Of a stretch of DNA of 64,000 bases, positions 25,875-37,950 are shown piece after piece. How positions within the stretch are numbered: position 1 is the stretch's first letter; the number at the start of each line of letters is the position of its first letter. Both the position numbers and the translations under genes were made by a program. Source of the DNA: Mustelus asterias (Eukaryota); the NCBI RefSeq assembly GCF_964213995.1, contig NC_135804.1, positions 59,954,001-60,018,000 of the forward strand. The letters are read 5' to 3'. A model generated the notes under the pieces. The model was not told where the DNA came from. It saw only the letters and a program-made list of their open reading frames with translations, and did no database searches.

Positions 25875-26843
25875 ATGAACTACATACTTCTCAGCTATCT
25901 GGAGCTCCTCGTCCCAAACCGAACCACAGACACCACATCAACCGAAGACGATAAGATCAGCCTATGATACCCCGGATATACGTGGTTTACTCCACCAGAT
26001 GCAGGCAAATGTGAGAATGGCATCCTATGAGTACACTCCAATAAGAGTGTCACCTATGGGTGTAATAACCAAAGAGTGGTGTACGGGAAAGGTAATGGGA
26101 GCTCTGATTACTGCTCCCTAAGGAGACCCTCACTCGCGATTGGTGGGCGTACACTAACCATGGGTGCTTGGAGCTAGCCTGTCTAGCCCATGGCCAGAAA
26201 AAGGGCTGGAATTAGGAAAGAAGTGCCCCGGCCAGGTTATTCAGAACAAATACATATACTATGAAATTAAGAATGGGTTAAAACCAACTGTTAGCTCACC
26301 CATCCCCCTTGTCCCGAAACCACCCCAGGGCCCCAAAATGGGTTGATACTAAAACATACAGGGAAAATATTATTCGACAACACACACTATGAATTGGTAC
26401 CAGTAGTGGTAGATTTAGCCGGAACACAATTACCAGACTGGTGTCCCTCCCCACTTCGAAAATTGTACCTCCACTTGACCCAGAGGCTGCTAAGCCGAAA
26501 GACTGGGACACACGCGTAGGAAGAGACGCCGAGGTCAAAGGGGCGCAAGAGGAGGGAAATCCTGAATGATCTGGCACTGCATACAGAGCGGGGGTATCCA
26601 CCATTAACGCACTGAATGTGGCTGATTTGGATAATAAGCTCAGAGTCCTAACCCGACAAATTAAACAGACCTTGGACAGCTTAAATGAAAATGCTCGGCA
26701 AGGTGCCGAGGGAGATTTGGCTGAGAACAGGGCTAGTAACCTTATGGTTATTGTACTAGAAGGACATGTCCAAACTATTAATCAGATCGCCTGAGGGAGG
26801 GTGGAAGATGATGCCAGGCAACAGAACCGAACCCTATGTAGCA
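25875..26843 (+). mobile_element. ERV env, 5' half (furin site, fusion peptide, heptad repeat), degraded
   Basis: cccag acceptor just before ATG at 25875. GLILKHTGKILFDNTHYELVPVVVDL...DWC, RKRR at 26544-26555, then EILNDL..GVSTINALNVADLDNKLRVLTRQIKQTL. Confidence 0.72.
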
Positions 26844-27191
26844 AAAAACTAAACAAAAATTCTAGCAAGTTAGGAAAAATGGTTTGCATTTCACAAGTCG
26901 TGATGATCTTAATTAATCTGCATTTTGCTCAGGGCCTATAAACACTGCCCCACGTTATTCTCTCTACCATTCTCCCTACAGCTGAGGTTAAAAAGACTGG
27001 CCAGTAGTTGCATGACTTAACCTTGCATCATCTTTTGAACAAGTTTTCTTTTTCATATTTGCAATTATTCAGCCCTCTTGCATAAGCCCTGTACCACTGA
27101 AGAGGCTTGGTGAATTATGGCAGTACGTCTACACTGATCTCTCAGTATACTTTGATGCATCCCATCCACCCTGGTTATGTATTGTTGTACC

Positions 27192-28010
27192 TGTTAATGC
27201 TCAGATACTTTCGACCAGTTTGCTTACTCCAAGGTTTTACCCCGGTGACCTTATTTGCAAGATGGACAAAGGACAAACACAAGTAAAGGTTCAACAAGTT
27301 TATTAATAATAACACTATTAACCCTTAAATTACCTACATAAAACAAGAGGATACCCCAGATTCAAGTATACTACCCGCAAAGATGGTTTGGTTAAACTGC
27401 AGGCTCGATTCTCTGAGTCCCCCTGGTCTGTCATCATGAAGGTGAGTCTCGATGGCAGCTTCTTCCTTCCTTCTTACTCTGGTCAGTCTTCTGAATGGTC
27501 AAGGTCACCTCCCTCGTCGAGTCTTCGCTACTGGTGTATCTGAGATGTATGCCTTTATCCCCCTTTCTGCTTGCCTTTCCAGAAACTTCTCTGGCTTCTG
27601 GCCAATGAGGTCCCAGGAGGGGGTTCCAATGCCCAGTGGCTTTCTTGATGTCTGCCTGACAGGACACCAGGGTCCGCCGCCAGGTGTCCATCTCCATGCT
27701 GTTGCTTACATGTAACCTGTTGTCAGGTAAGCAACTGCAGGAACTCACGGTGACAGAAAGTCTGGCCAGATCTGGGCTTCTAACAATAGGCCAGTGCATT
27801 TCAATGGGGTGTGCTGATCTCCTGCTGGGTCTCAGTAGAGTGCAACGACCTTTGATAGGTGATTGATGGGTCAGGCCCAGACATGTTTGTGTATTTGTAC
27901 AATTGACTTGCCCAAGGTTTGACTGTGTTTGATTTTAATATGCCCAATTCTTTAATTTAGGATATCCAATTTAATCAGCCTTAAAACTAGGCCCTGATTA
28001 TATTACCACA
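27192..28010 (-). mobile_element. 3' LTR of the ERV, inverted
   Basis: Minus-strand polypurine tract AAGAGGAGGGAA (28011-28022) is immediately followed by TGTGGTAAT. AATAAA on the minus strand at ~27298-27303. Candidate end ...ATTAACA at 27192, which is the less certain boundary. Confidence 0.7.
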
Positions 28011-28159
28011 TTCCCTCCTCTTGATCCAATGAGCATCAACGAACCGGATCACACAATTCTTACCAAACCATCTCAAGAAGCAAGTACCCCGAATCTGGGG
28101 TTGATAGTATCATCCCTAACCCACAATAGTATCAACAAATTTAAATGAAGTAAAATAAT

Positions 28160-29355
28160 TAAAAAGAAACAATAAGAAACAATACATCAATCGGGTATAT
28201 ACAAAACAGAGCAATAAACAGTACAAAATGACAAGTGACTATACATATTAAATATAGATGGGAGAGTATCAAGGCTCTTGATTGTAGAGTCTTTCCTGAT
28301 GTCGGATGGCCCATGCCGAGTCCAAGTTTTGCAGAAAATCCTTCTTCCATCAGGCGAATTTAAATGTGAGGATTGGGTTAGGTACACTGCCATAAGTAGG
28401 ATTCCTATTATAGCCAGGTGTGACAGAATGCAGACCCATGGGTGGATTTGGACATTTGAACCCCAATCCCAGAGGAAGTGACTCTAATTTCACTAATGTT
28501 CTTTTTAATTCCCTTTTTGACAAAGGTCTTGTGTGCTGTGATCAATTGTGTCCGAATTTGCTGACGTTTCTCGGGGAGAAGTGTTATTCCAGTATCAAAT
28601 TTTTCAAAATAGTCGCCCAAGCTTTGTCTCAATTTCTCACCAGCATTTATTAGTGTTTTCTCTCTTCTGAGCCTATGTCTACCATCTCAATTAATCCTTT
28701 CCTGGCGGGACTCTGTGGTTTAATGCAAAAGGTAGTATTGTGGATGTTACAAGTGGCTGCCCCATACTGGTAATTTTCTAGCGATGTTGTAATACAATAT
28801 TCTCCCTCTCCCCTGTAAGCCACCCGGGTGACATCCCTTTCCAAATTTCGAATTTCCAGTGCAAAATTTAGGTCAGTGGTTGTTCTGAATCCACACAGGG
28901 CATGTTCATTTTCATACACCGGATATGGGCACACAACCATTTTGTCTGTGTGTTCACATTTTTCCAGACTGGTGCCTATGAGCTTCCCTCCTTTCTCAAC
29001 CACATGCAATAGAGTCCCCTGGTATCCCATCCACTTCCCTCCTTCAATGATCACTATATTTTTGGCTTCAAAAAGTCTCAACCAGACCTTATCTTTTCAT
29101 ATTACTGGGATCCCCAACACCATTCCTCGTGCAGCCCCCGGGGTTCCTCTACAATTATCGTTAGACCAGACCTTGGTCAGTTGCTGTAATTGGCAGTTAG
29201 TGACATTGGGGTATCTTTTTCCCTGGTACAGGTGTTCAATCTGTTCATCAGTGATCCAGGACGGAACTTTCCCCCTGCTAACCTGGTCGAGATTCTCTCT
29301 TAACTGCTCGACCATCCATTGCCCTTGGCTGCGACATAGGGTTCAGTTCTGTTGC
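28160..29355 (-). mobile_element. ERV env, 3' half (Cys-rich ectodomain plus TM), on the opposite strand to the 5' half
   Basis: TLCRSQGQWMVEQLRENLDQVSRGKVPSW...GMVLGIPV, LIGTSLEKCEHTDKMVVCPYPVY..CGF..GEYCITT..CNIHNTTFC, hydrophobic LILSHLYLICIVTCHFVLFIALF. Confidence 0.78.
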
Positions 29356-29542
29356 ATGGCCAATCAACCTAACAAGCACATCTTTGGATTGTGGAAGGAA
29401 ACTGGAGCACCCAGAGGAAACCCATGCAGACACGGGGAGAACTTGCATATTCCGCACAGACAGTTACCCAAGGCCAGAATTGAACCCGCGTCCCTGGATC
29501 TGTGAGGAAGGAGTTCTAACCACTGTGCCAGCGTGTCGCCCT
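29355..29542 (-). mobile_element. Truncated HE1/V-SINE at the inversion breakpoint
   Basis: Head and core are present. The 3' part is lost at the junction with env. Confidence 0.8.
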
Positions 29543-30842
29543 AAATCTGCATTGTGTTATTATGTAATTTTTAAATATGTGTGGCTTATAATTGTTTGTG
29601 TCTTTTCATTTAGGATATGGTCAGAACTTCTTGAACCATGATTTGGATACCTGCATGAGATCGATCAAAGGAGAGTTCCATTTTGGGCCGTGGAAAATCT
29701 AAATGTGTTTATCTTTAGTATTCTTCTGCCTTGCTTACTTTATTTATAATTCTCATATTTAACAGCTCTGTATGTTTCAATAAAGTATTTGCATAATTTG
29801 ACATTCAAATGTTTGTTTTATTTCAATAAAGCATTAGTAGAATTTTGTAGTTTAATGGAGAATATTTATTAACAAAAACAATGTCATAAATGTAAAACTT
29901 TGATACCACCCTAACATTTAACTAAACATTTTACTGCAGCAGTTGCACTGACATGTTTAGTTGCATCGTCATTTCAAGTTTCTTACACAATATATTTCTC
30001 TAACAACACTCAATAAGATAGCCATGCATTAACACAACAATTATATTCTCGCTAAACGAGGAGGTGGAGGATGGATATGATGAAGGTTAAGGAGGGGAGG
30101 GGCAAGGGACGGGAAGGGGAAGGGGAAAAAGGTGTGAGAAGGAGGGGGAGAAAGAAGAGAGAGGAGAAGGAGGGGAGGGGGAAAATTGGAGAGGGAATGG
30201 TTTGGATTTTACAGGTAGCATGACTCTTCTATGCCTGATCAAAGTCTCAAAAAGACTTCAATTAAGAATCAAGTGAAAAGTGCAATGTTCCAGCGGTGGT
30301 AGAACATGACTACAGATTTTCAAGCTGCACTGGATACCGAGTGCACGTCAGTTTACAGGAGACTTGCATATTTCGTCTTAAGTGATACGCTTTCCTGAAG
30401 CATTTGAACTAGTTAGTTACACAATGTTTAACTTTGCATCAAGGAGACTCTTAAAATACTTAAAAGCTGCTTTAAAATGTTGCAAATTCCGAATGCTGGA
30501 ATTTATTCCAGCCACTAACATCCACTTCGTTATATATGAACGTACATTTTTAATGCAATTAGTTGTTATGACAAAGTTGTAAACAAAATTAAAAATCATT
30601 CTTTCACTTTCTGTGCTTTATTTATATGTTAAACAACTTTTTAAAACGTATCAAAAAATAGCCAACCCAACTGCCTCTATGCGCTGCAGCTAGAGCAAAA
30701 AATAAAATTGCGAATAAATAAGGTCAAAAACTCAGCTGACAACAGCGCAAGCAGCGGAGGTTTTGACAGAATGAAGTTTAGCGCTTTCGGACCAGCAGCT
30801 TTCCGAACCTCCATCAGAGCTTTAAAATTGGCGCTCTTTCAA

Positions 30843-30918
30843 CGCATGCGCGCATGCGCCGGGACTTCCGTGACGTCCGACGCGCATGCCCGCTGCTTAA
30901 TGAGCGGAACATGGCATT
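30843..30918 (+). promoter_or_regulatory. CpG-rich housekeeping-type promoter motif cluster
   Basis: CGCATGCGCGCATGCGC (tandem NRF1-like, 30843-30859), ACTTCCG (ETS, 30864), TGACGT (CRE-like, 30871), CGCGCATGC (30881) and AACATGGC (YY1-like) around ATG 30911, in an otherwise CpG-poor region. Confidence 0.6.
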
Positions 30919-31000
30919 TCGGGCCAAAGGTTACACCCCAATGTCTCTGACCACAGAAGAGTCTCGATCCTTCCGATTGACGACTCATTCATTGGAGGAG
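30911..31000 (+). CDS. Possible first coding exon of an unidentified gene or pseudogene
   Basis: Good Kozak context (aacATGG), reads MAFRAKGYTPMSLTTEESRSFRLTTHSLEE, donor GAG|gtgaaa at 31001. No downstream exons identified. Confidence 0.3.
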
Positions 31001-31374
31001 GTGAAAGAAGCAACGTGCAAATTTTTTAACGCAGAAATTGATTATGATTTGCTGGAGAGTATCGTGGGGGCAGATTCAATCTTAACCTTTAAAGAGAATT
31101 CGGCAATTATCTGAAATATAATAATATGATATGGGGAGAATGGGACTGGAATATTTGGTCTTGAGGAGAGTCGACACGGATAGATCTTTCTCTGCGTTGA
31201 ATCCATTCTCTGATAAGTCAAGCCATTATTTTAATTCATGTTGCAATTTAAGTATCACTGGGAAGCAAAAACGACATCGATCAAAAAGTTGAAGACAATT
31301 AACTTTGTCGCTTTACACTGAGTAGCTATGGACCACGCTGAGTTCTCACTTCCCAGGAGAAAGTAATACCGCCC

Positions 31375-32175
31375 TGTTCATGTACTGGAGCAGAGCCCAA
31401 ATATACATTGGGAAGTCAGACTGGACCCCAACGATTTTGCTTTTTGTCGTGCATGTTGGAATAGGACATTTATCTCCTGAGTGATTTCACGGACAAAATA
31501 TGGATCTTTTATCAAAAAGCAAACTTTATTTAATAAAGCAGTTTAAATATATTTCGAACAACTGAAGCAGCCGAACGGTATTTAAAAATGAAAGGAAGCA
31601 ACTTTACTTTCTAGCTTCTGACTGTTCTAGTTCCAAGTAAGCCCCAGTCATGCGTAGATTAACACAACTTTTAAACAAATATTGTTAGCAAATACTGTTA
31701 TCAGCCTTGAAGCTTTCAATGAGTCTTTGGGGACAGAGAGTGAGTTCTCAGAAACAGCTTGCACGTGGCTCTGACTTTAGCAGATATCCAACAGCAACTG
31801 CAAATGCTCCTTTCTCCCTGCCACAGACCCAACTCTGCACATTTTCTAAGCCCTCCAGTTTTTTTACGCTATTAGTACTCTAATATATTAGATATATGTA
31901 CATCTTATTGCATCTAAGCATGCAAATGTAAATAGTAATATAGTTCCGTTCAGTGTTTCTTTTCCAACATTGAATGTTCCATACTTTTACAAATCATAGT
32001 CATGATAAAGCATCTGCAGTCATGTGTGCTGTTCCTGCCACATGTATGACATTCAAATTAAATGGCTGTAACGATAAGCTCCATCTAAACAGTCTTGTAT
32101 TTTGATCTTTAAACATCTCCAGAAACTTCAATGGATTATGGTCAGTGTAAACAATTGTGTCTGAATTGTGATGAA
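31375..32175 (-). mobile_element. Gypsy (Gmr1-like) 3' end: RNase H C-terminus followed by LTR relic
   Basis: VYTDHNPLKFL...RLFRWSLSLQPFNLNVIHVAG...ADALS* ends the ORF with no integrase after it. The LTR-like segment is shared with 11866-12620. Confidence 0.7.
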
Positions 32176-32616
32176 TTAAGGGGATGCAATGGCCGAGTGG
32201 TATTATCATGAGACTATTCATCCAGAAACTCAGCTAATGTTCCAGGGAAAACAGCATGCTGGAATCTGAAACCAAAAGAGAAAATACTGGAAAATCTCAG
32301 CAGGTCTGGCAGCATCTGTAAGGAGAGAAACGCGCTGATGTTTCAAATCCAGATGACCCTTTGTCAAAGCTAAAAGACATAGAAAATGGGAGATATTTAT
32401 ACTGTAAGGTGAGGGAATGAAAGATGAGTCACAGCCACAAAACAAGGGTAAAGGCTGCTAATGGCAGTCCATAGAGAGAATAAAAGGTGTGAATGGCCAA
32501 ACAGCAGAGAAGGTGAAATCAGAGGGTAAACTGTGACAGATGAAGATGTGAGGGGGGGGGGGGGGGCGATGGGTGGGAGAGAGGAAAAATTGAGAAAAAG
32601 GGGGAAAGGTGAAGCA

Positions 32617-32890
32617 GGTTAAAGTCCAACAGGTTTATTTGGTAGCAAATGCCATTAGCTTTCGGAGCGCTGCTCCTTTGTCAGATGGAGTGGAAATCTG
32701 CTCTCAAACAGGGCACAGAGACACAAAATCAAGTTACAGAATACTGATTAGAATGCGCATCTCTACAGCCAACCAGGTCTTAAAGATACAGACAATGTGA
32801 GTGGAGGGAGCATTTAGCACAGGTTAAAGAGATGTGTATTGTCTCCAGACAGGACAGTGTGAGATTCTGCAAGTCGTGGAGGCAAGCTGT
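32617..32890 (-). mobile_element. Extra copy of the Penelope terminal repeat flanked by a 34-bp direct duplication
   Basis: Near-identical to ~33279-33554. ggaaaaattgagaaaaagggggaaaggtgaagca occurs at 32583-32616 and 32891-32924. Confidence 0.85.
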
Positions 32891-33251
32891 GGAAAAATTG
32901 AGAAAAAGGGGGAAAGGTGAAGCAAATGGGGAGAAAGAGTAAGGAAGGGGGGATGAAAGAGGGTGAAAGAATGGAGAGGAAAAAACGTTACGGACGACAA
33001 TAAAGAAATAAAAGCTAGAGAACAGTTAAAAATTAAGTTAAATTAAAACAGAAGAGTTGAGGTGGGGTAGAGCTAATCATCTGAATTTGCTGGATTCGAT
33101 GTTGAGACCAGAAGGATGTAACTGCCTAGCCAGAAGATGAGATGATGTTCCTCCAGTTTGTGTTACACTTCACTGGAACATTACAGCAGGCCAAGGACAA
33201 ATATGTGGACATGGGAGCAGGGTCGCATGTTAAAATGGCAAACAAGGGGAA

Positions 33252-35926
33252 GACACAGTAAGAGGTTTAACAACACCAGGTTAAAGTCCAACAGGTTTAT
33301 TTGGTAGCAAATGCCATTAGCTTTCGGAGCGCTGCTCCTTTGTCAGATGGAGTGGAAATCTGCTCTCAAACAGGGCACAGAGACACAAAATCAAGTTACA
33401 GAATACTGATTAGAATGCACATCTCTACAGCCAACCAGGTCTTAAAGATACAGACAATGTGAGTGGAGGGAGCATTTAGCACAGGTTAAAGAGATGTGTA
33501 TTGTCTCCAGACAGGACAGTCAGTGAGATTCTGCAAGTCCTGGAGGCAAGCTGTGGGGGTTACTGATAGTGTGACATAAACCCAACATCCCGGTTTAGGC
33601 CATCCTCATGTGTGCGGAACTTGGCTATCAGTTTCTGCTCAGCGACTCTGCGCTGTCGTGTGTCGTGAAGGCCACCTTGGAGAACGCTTTCCCGAAGATC
33701 AGAGGCTGAATGCCTGTGACCACTGAAGTGCTCCCCCACAGGAAGAGAACAGTCTTGCCTGGTGATTGTCGAGTGGTGTTCATTCATCCATTGTCATAGC
33801 GTCTGCATGGTTTCCCCAATATACCAAGCCTCGGGACATCCTTTCCTGCAGCGTATCAGATAGACAACGTTGGCCGAGTTGCAAGAGTAGGTACCGTGTA
33901 CCTGGTAAATGGTGTTCTCACGTGAGATGATGGCATCTGTGTCGATGATCCAGGCACGTCTTGCAGAGGTTGCTGTGGCAGGGTTGTGTGGTGCCGTGGT
34001 TACTGTTCTCCTGAAGGCTGGGTAGTTTGCTGCGGACAATGGTCTGTTTGAGGTTGTGCAGTTGTTTGAAGGCAAGAAGTGGGGGTGTGGGGATGGCCTT
34101 GACGAGATGTTCGTCTTCATCAATGACATGTTGAATGCTCCGGAGGAGATGCCGTAGCTTCTCCGCTCCGGGGAAGTACTGGATGACGAACATTGTCATC
34201 AAACTAGCAGACAAAGGAGGGGCCATTGTCAGACTGAACAGAATGGATTACTGCAAAGAAGTGTACCGACAACTGAACAACGAGGAACACTACAGACAGT
34301 TACCCACAGATCCGACCAAAGAACACACCCATCAACTCAACACTCTGATCAACACCTTTGATCCGGACCTTCAGAGCACCCTCCGTGCTCTCATCCCACG
34401 TACTTCCCGCGTTGGAGATCTCTACTACCTCCCAAAGATACACCCGGCCATCCCATCGTATCGGGCAATGGGACCCTGTGCGAGAACCTCTCCGGCTATG
34501 TCGAGGGCTTCCTGAAACCCATTGTACAAAGAACCCCCAGCTTTTGTCGCGACACTACGGACTTCCTACAGAAACTCAACGCACATGGAGCAGTTGAACC
34601 AGGAGCACTCCTCGTCACAATGGATGTCTCGGCACTCTACACCAGCATCCTCCACAATGATGGCATTGCTGCAACGGCCTCAGTACTCAACGCCGACAAC
34701 TGCCAGTTTCCAGATGCAATTTTACAACTCATCCGCTTCATCCTGGACCACAATGTCTTCACCTTCAACAACCAGTTCTTCATCCAGACACATGGAACAG
34801 CCATGGGGACCAAATTCGCACCTCAATATGCCAACATATTCATGCACAAGTTCGAACAAGACTTCTTCACTGCACAGGACCTTCAACCAATGCTATACAC
34901 TAGATACATCGATGAGATCTTCTTCCTTTGGAGTCATGGTGAACAATCACTGAAACAACTATATGATGACATCAACAAGTTCCATCCCACTATCAGACTC
35001 ACCGTGGACTACTCTCCGGAATCGGTTGCATTCTTGGACACACGCATCTCCTTTAAGGATGGTCACCTCAGCACCTCACTGTTCCGCAAGCCCACAGATA
35101 AGCTCACAATGTTCCACTTCTCCAGCTTCCACCCTAAACATGTTAAAGAAGCCATCCGCTATGGTCAAGCCCTCCGTATACACAGGATCTGATCAGATGA
35201 GGAGGATAGCAACAGACACCTACAGACGCTGAAAGATGCCCTCATAAGAACAGGATATGGCGCTCGACTCACGATCGACAGTTCCAACGTGCCACAGCGG
35301 AAAACCGCACCGACCTCCTCAGAAGACAGACACGGGACACGGTGGACAGAGTACCCTTCATCGTTCAGTACTTCCCCGGAGTGGAGAAGCTACGGTATCT
35401 CCTCCGGAGCCTTCAACATGTCATTGATGAAGACGAACATCTCGTCAAGGCCATCCCCACACCCCCACTTCTTGCCTTCAAACAACTGCACAACCTCAAA
35501 CAGACCATTGTCCACAGCAAACCAGCCTTCAGGAGAACAGTGACCACGACACCACATAACCCTGCCACAGCAACCTCTGCAAGACATGCCGGATCATTGA
35601 CATGGGTGCCATCATCTCACGTGAGAACACCATCTACCAGGTACAAGGTACCTACTCTGGCAACTCGGCCAACATTGTCTCCCTGATACAATGCAGGAAA
35701 GGATGTCCCGAGGCTTGGTCCATTGGGGAAACCATGCAGACGCTGCGACAAAGAATGAATGAACACTGCTCGACAATCACCAGGCAAAACTGTTCTCTTC
35801 CTGTGGGGGAGCACTTCAGCGGTCATGGGCATTCAGCTCTGATCGGGAAAGCGTTCTCCAAGGTGGCCTGGTGTTGTTAAAACTCTTACTGTGTTTACCC
35901 CAGTGCAATGCCAGCATCTCCACATC
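33252..35926 (+). mobile_element. Younger Penelope-like element: RT plus GIY-YIG on +, with an inverted 3' copy (33252-34190) at its 5' end
   Basis: IVIKLADKGGAIV, MDVSALYTSI, QTHGTAMGTKFAPQYANIFM, RYIDE, FLD, WSIGETMQTLRQRMNEH. The inverted-repeat arrangement is typical of PLEs. Confidence 0.92.
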
Positions 35927-36814
35927 AAGCAAGGGGAAGGTCAGGGTCCTGATTACATACAGACCAAAGGTGCTCAACAAGGTGATCATGCAGTCTATAT
36001 TTGGTCTCTCTGATATAAAGGAGACCACATTGGGAGCAGAAAATGCAATAGACCAAATTGAAAGAGGTGCAAGTGAAACACTGCTTAACCTGGAATGAGT
36101 GTTTTGGACCTTGGATGGTAATCATGAAAAAGTAAATGGGCAGGTGTTACACCTTCTGCGATTGCATAGGAAGATGCCATAGGTGATGGGTGAGGTGTTG
36201 GGTATATTGGAGGAGTGGACATGGTTATCCCGGAGGGAATGATTTCTGTGGAATCCTGACAGAGGGAGTGAAGGGAAGATATGTTTGGTGGTGGCATCAC
36301 GCTGGAGTTGGCGAAAATGGTGGAGGACTATGCTTTGCATGTGGAGGATTGTGGGGTGAAATGTGAGAGCAAAGGGGATTCTATCCTTGTTCTCACCCCC
36401 ACCCCTTCCTCTCAGTTAGCACTGCTCGCTTAGATATCCTGGGATACGGGTTCAATTCCAGCCTTGGGTGACTGCATGGAGTTTGCACATTCTCCTTGTC
36501 TCTACGTAGTGAATTAAATCGACGTATTATGCATTCTGCCAACTAAACCCATGGTCACTCTCTATCTCACCCTTAGTTATTTTAACAGAATCCACGGAGA
36601 TTGTTTTTTTACATTCCCGGGGTAGCCTCCTGTCTGTTTGTGTTTCTGTGCGTGTTTTGTGAGGGCCTCTGTTTGTGTAAATGTGTGTTTGTGTGTTTCT
36701 GTAAGTCTGTGCTAAACTTTACCGAGCCTCTAAAAATGTTTTTGAAGGCACAAATTTGGAAAGTGTCTATATAATCGTAAGAATTTAAAGTAATTAATCT
36801 GCATTATTTTGCAG

Positions 36815-36858
36815 GTAAACAAGAAAGTATAACAGAAGTGAACACTAGTAACACGCTG
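36815..36858 (+). pseudogene. Small cytoplasmic-type exon candidate
   Basis: ttattttgcag acceptor and CTG|gtgggt donor. Open only in phase 1: (G)KQESITEVNTSNTL. Confidence 0.4.
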
Positions 36859-37024
36859 GTGGGTTCACATTATTTTATATCAATGTTGTTATGATGAAGG
36901 TACTTCATCATGATTTATTTAACTATAAGCATTTATCTCTAATTGATGCATCATAGACATCCTATTTTGAAAATCATTTGATGCTTGCTGGAATGCTAGT
37001 GAAGGTTGTTGAAGAAAGAGGGAA

Positions 37025-37335
37025 AGTTAAGGGGAAAATGAGGGCATATGGTGACACAGTTATTAAGTCTGCTGCCTCACAGTTGCAAGGACCGGGGTTC
37101 CAATTTTGGGTGATTATCTGCAGGAATTTGTACATTCTCCTCATGTCTGCTTAGTTTACTCCCACAATCGAAAGATTGGCCATATTAAATTGCCGCTTGG
37201 TGTCCAAAGATGTGTAAATTAAATGGATTAGCCATGATAAATGTGTGGGTTTACAGGGATAGGGCGGAGGAGAATGTCTGGGTAAGATACTCAGTCAGAG
37301 TCGATGCAGACTCTTCAGCGCTGTATGGATTCTAT
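37025..37335 (+). mobile_element. Degraded HE1/V-SINE
   Basis: Recognisable head, core and tail. Further degraded copies at ~36410-36510 and ~37635-37905. Confidence 0.7.
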
Positions 37336-37950
37336 GGAGTTTCTAGTTTCATTAACGTACAGTTCATAGTTATAAATTGGGCCATCTAATGGTAGTTTTT
37401 GGGAGCTGAGATCACACATTCAAAATGTTAAAATTTTCTCTTGTCTAAACCCATCGGTAATACTATTGCAGCGAAAATTGGCAGTTCCAATTGACACTTT
37501 ATTTACCAACACTTTAAATATATTCACCGTCATCTCTGCATTTTATATGTAGTCCATGTTCCAGTTATTTTCAGTGTTTAGTTAGAAATTTGTAAAGTGG
37601 TGATGCCAATTAACTAACCAGATAATAATATGGGTTGCACTGTGGTTAGTACTGCTGCCTCATAGCACCAGGGACCCGTGTTCGATTGCTACCTTGGGTC
37701 ACCATCTGTGAGAGTCTGCACATTCTCCCAGTGTCTGCGTGGGTTTCCTCCAGGTGCTCCTGTTTCCTCCCACAGTCCCAAAGACGTGCTGGTTAGGGGC
37801 ATTGGCCATGCTAAGTGCACCCGAAAAGGCGCCAGCGTGTGTCGACTAGGGAATTTTCACATTAACTTCATTGCTATGTAATGTAAGCCTAATTGTGACA
37901 CTAATAATTAAATGTATACCTTAAACATATTTTAGTTCTTTCACACACAG

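Larger units (their letters stand above)
32250..36395 (-). mobile_element. Older Penelope-like element (GIY-YIG plus 3' region) acting as host for nested insertions
   Basis: CNRRRCNTC, FTCTSFNLVYCIFCSQCGLLYIRETK at 35925-36300, continuing at 33070-33250. aa(a/g)caaggggaag is duplicated at ~33239 and ~35927. Confidence 0.75.
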
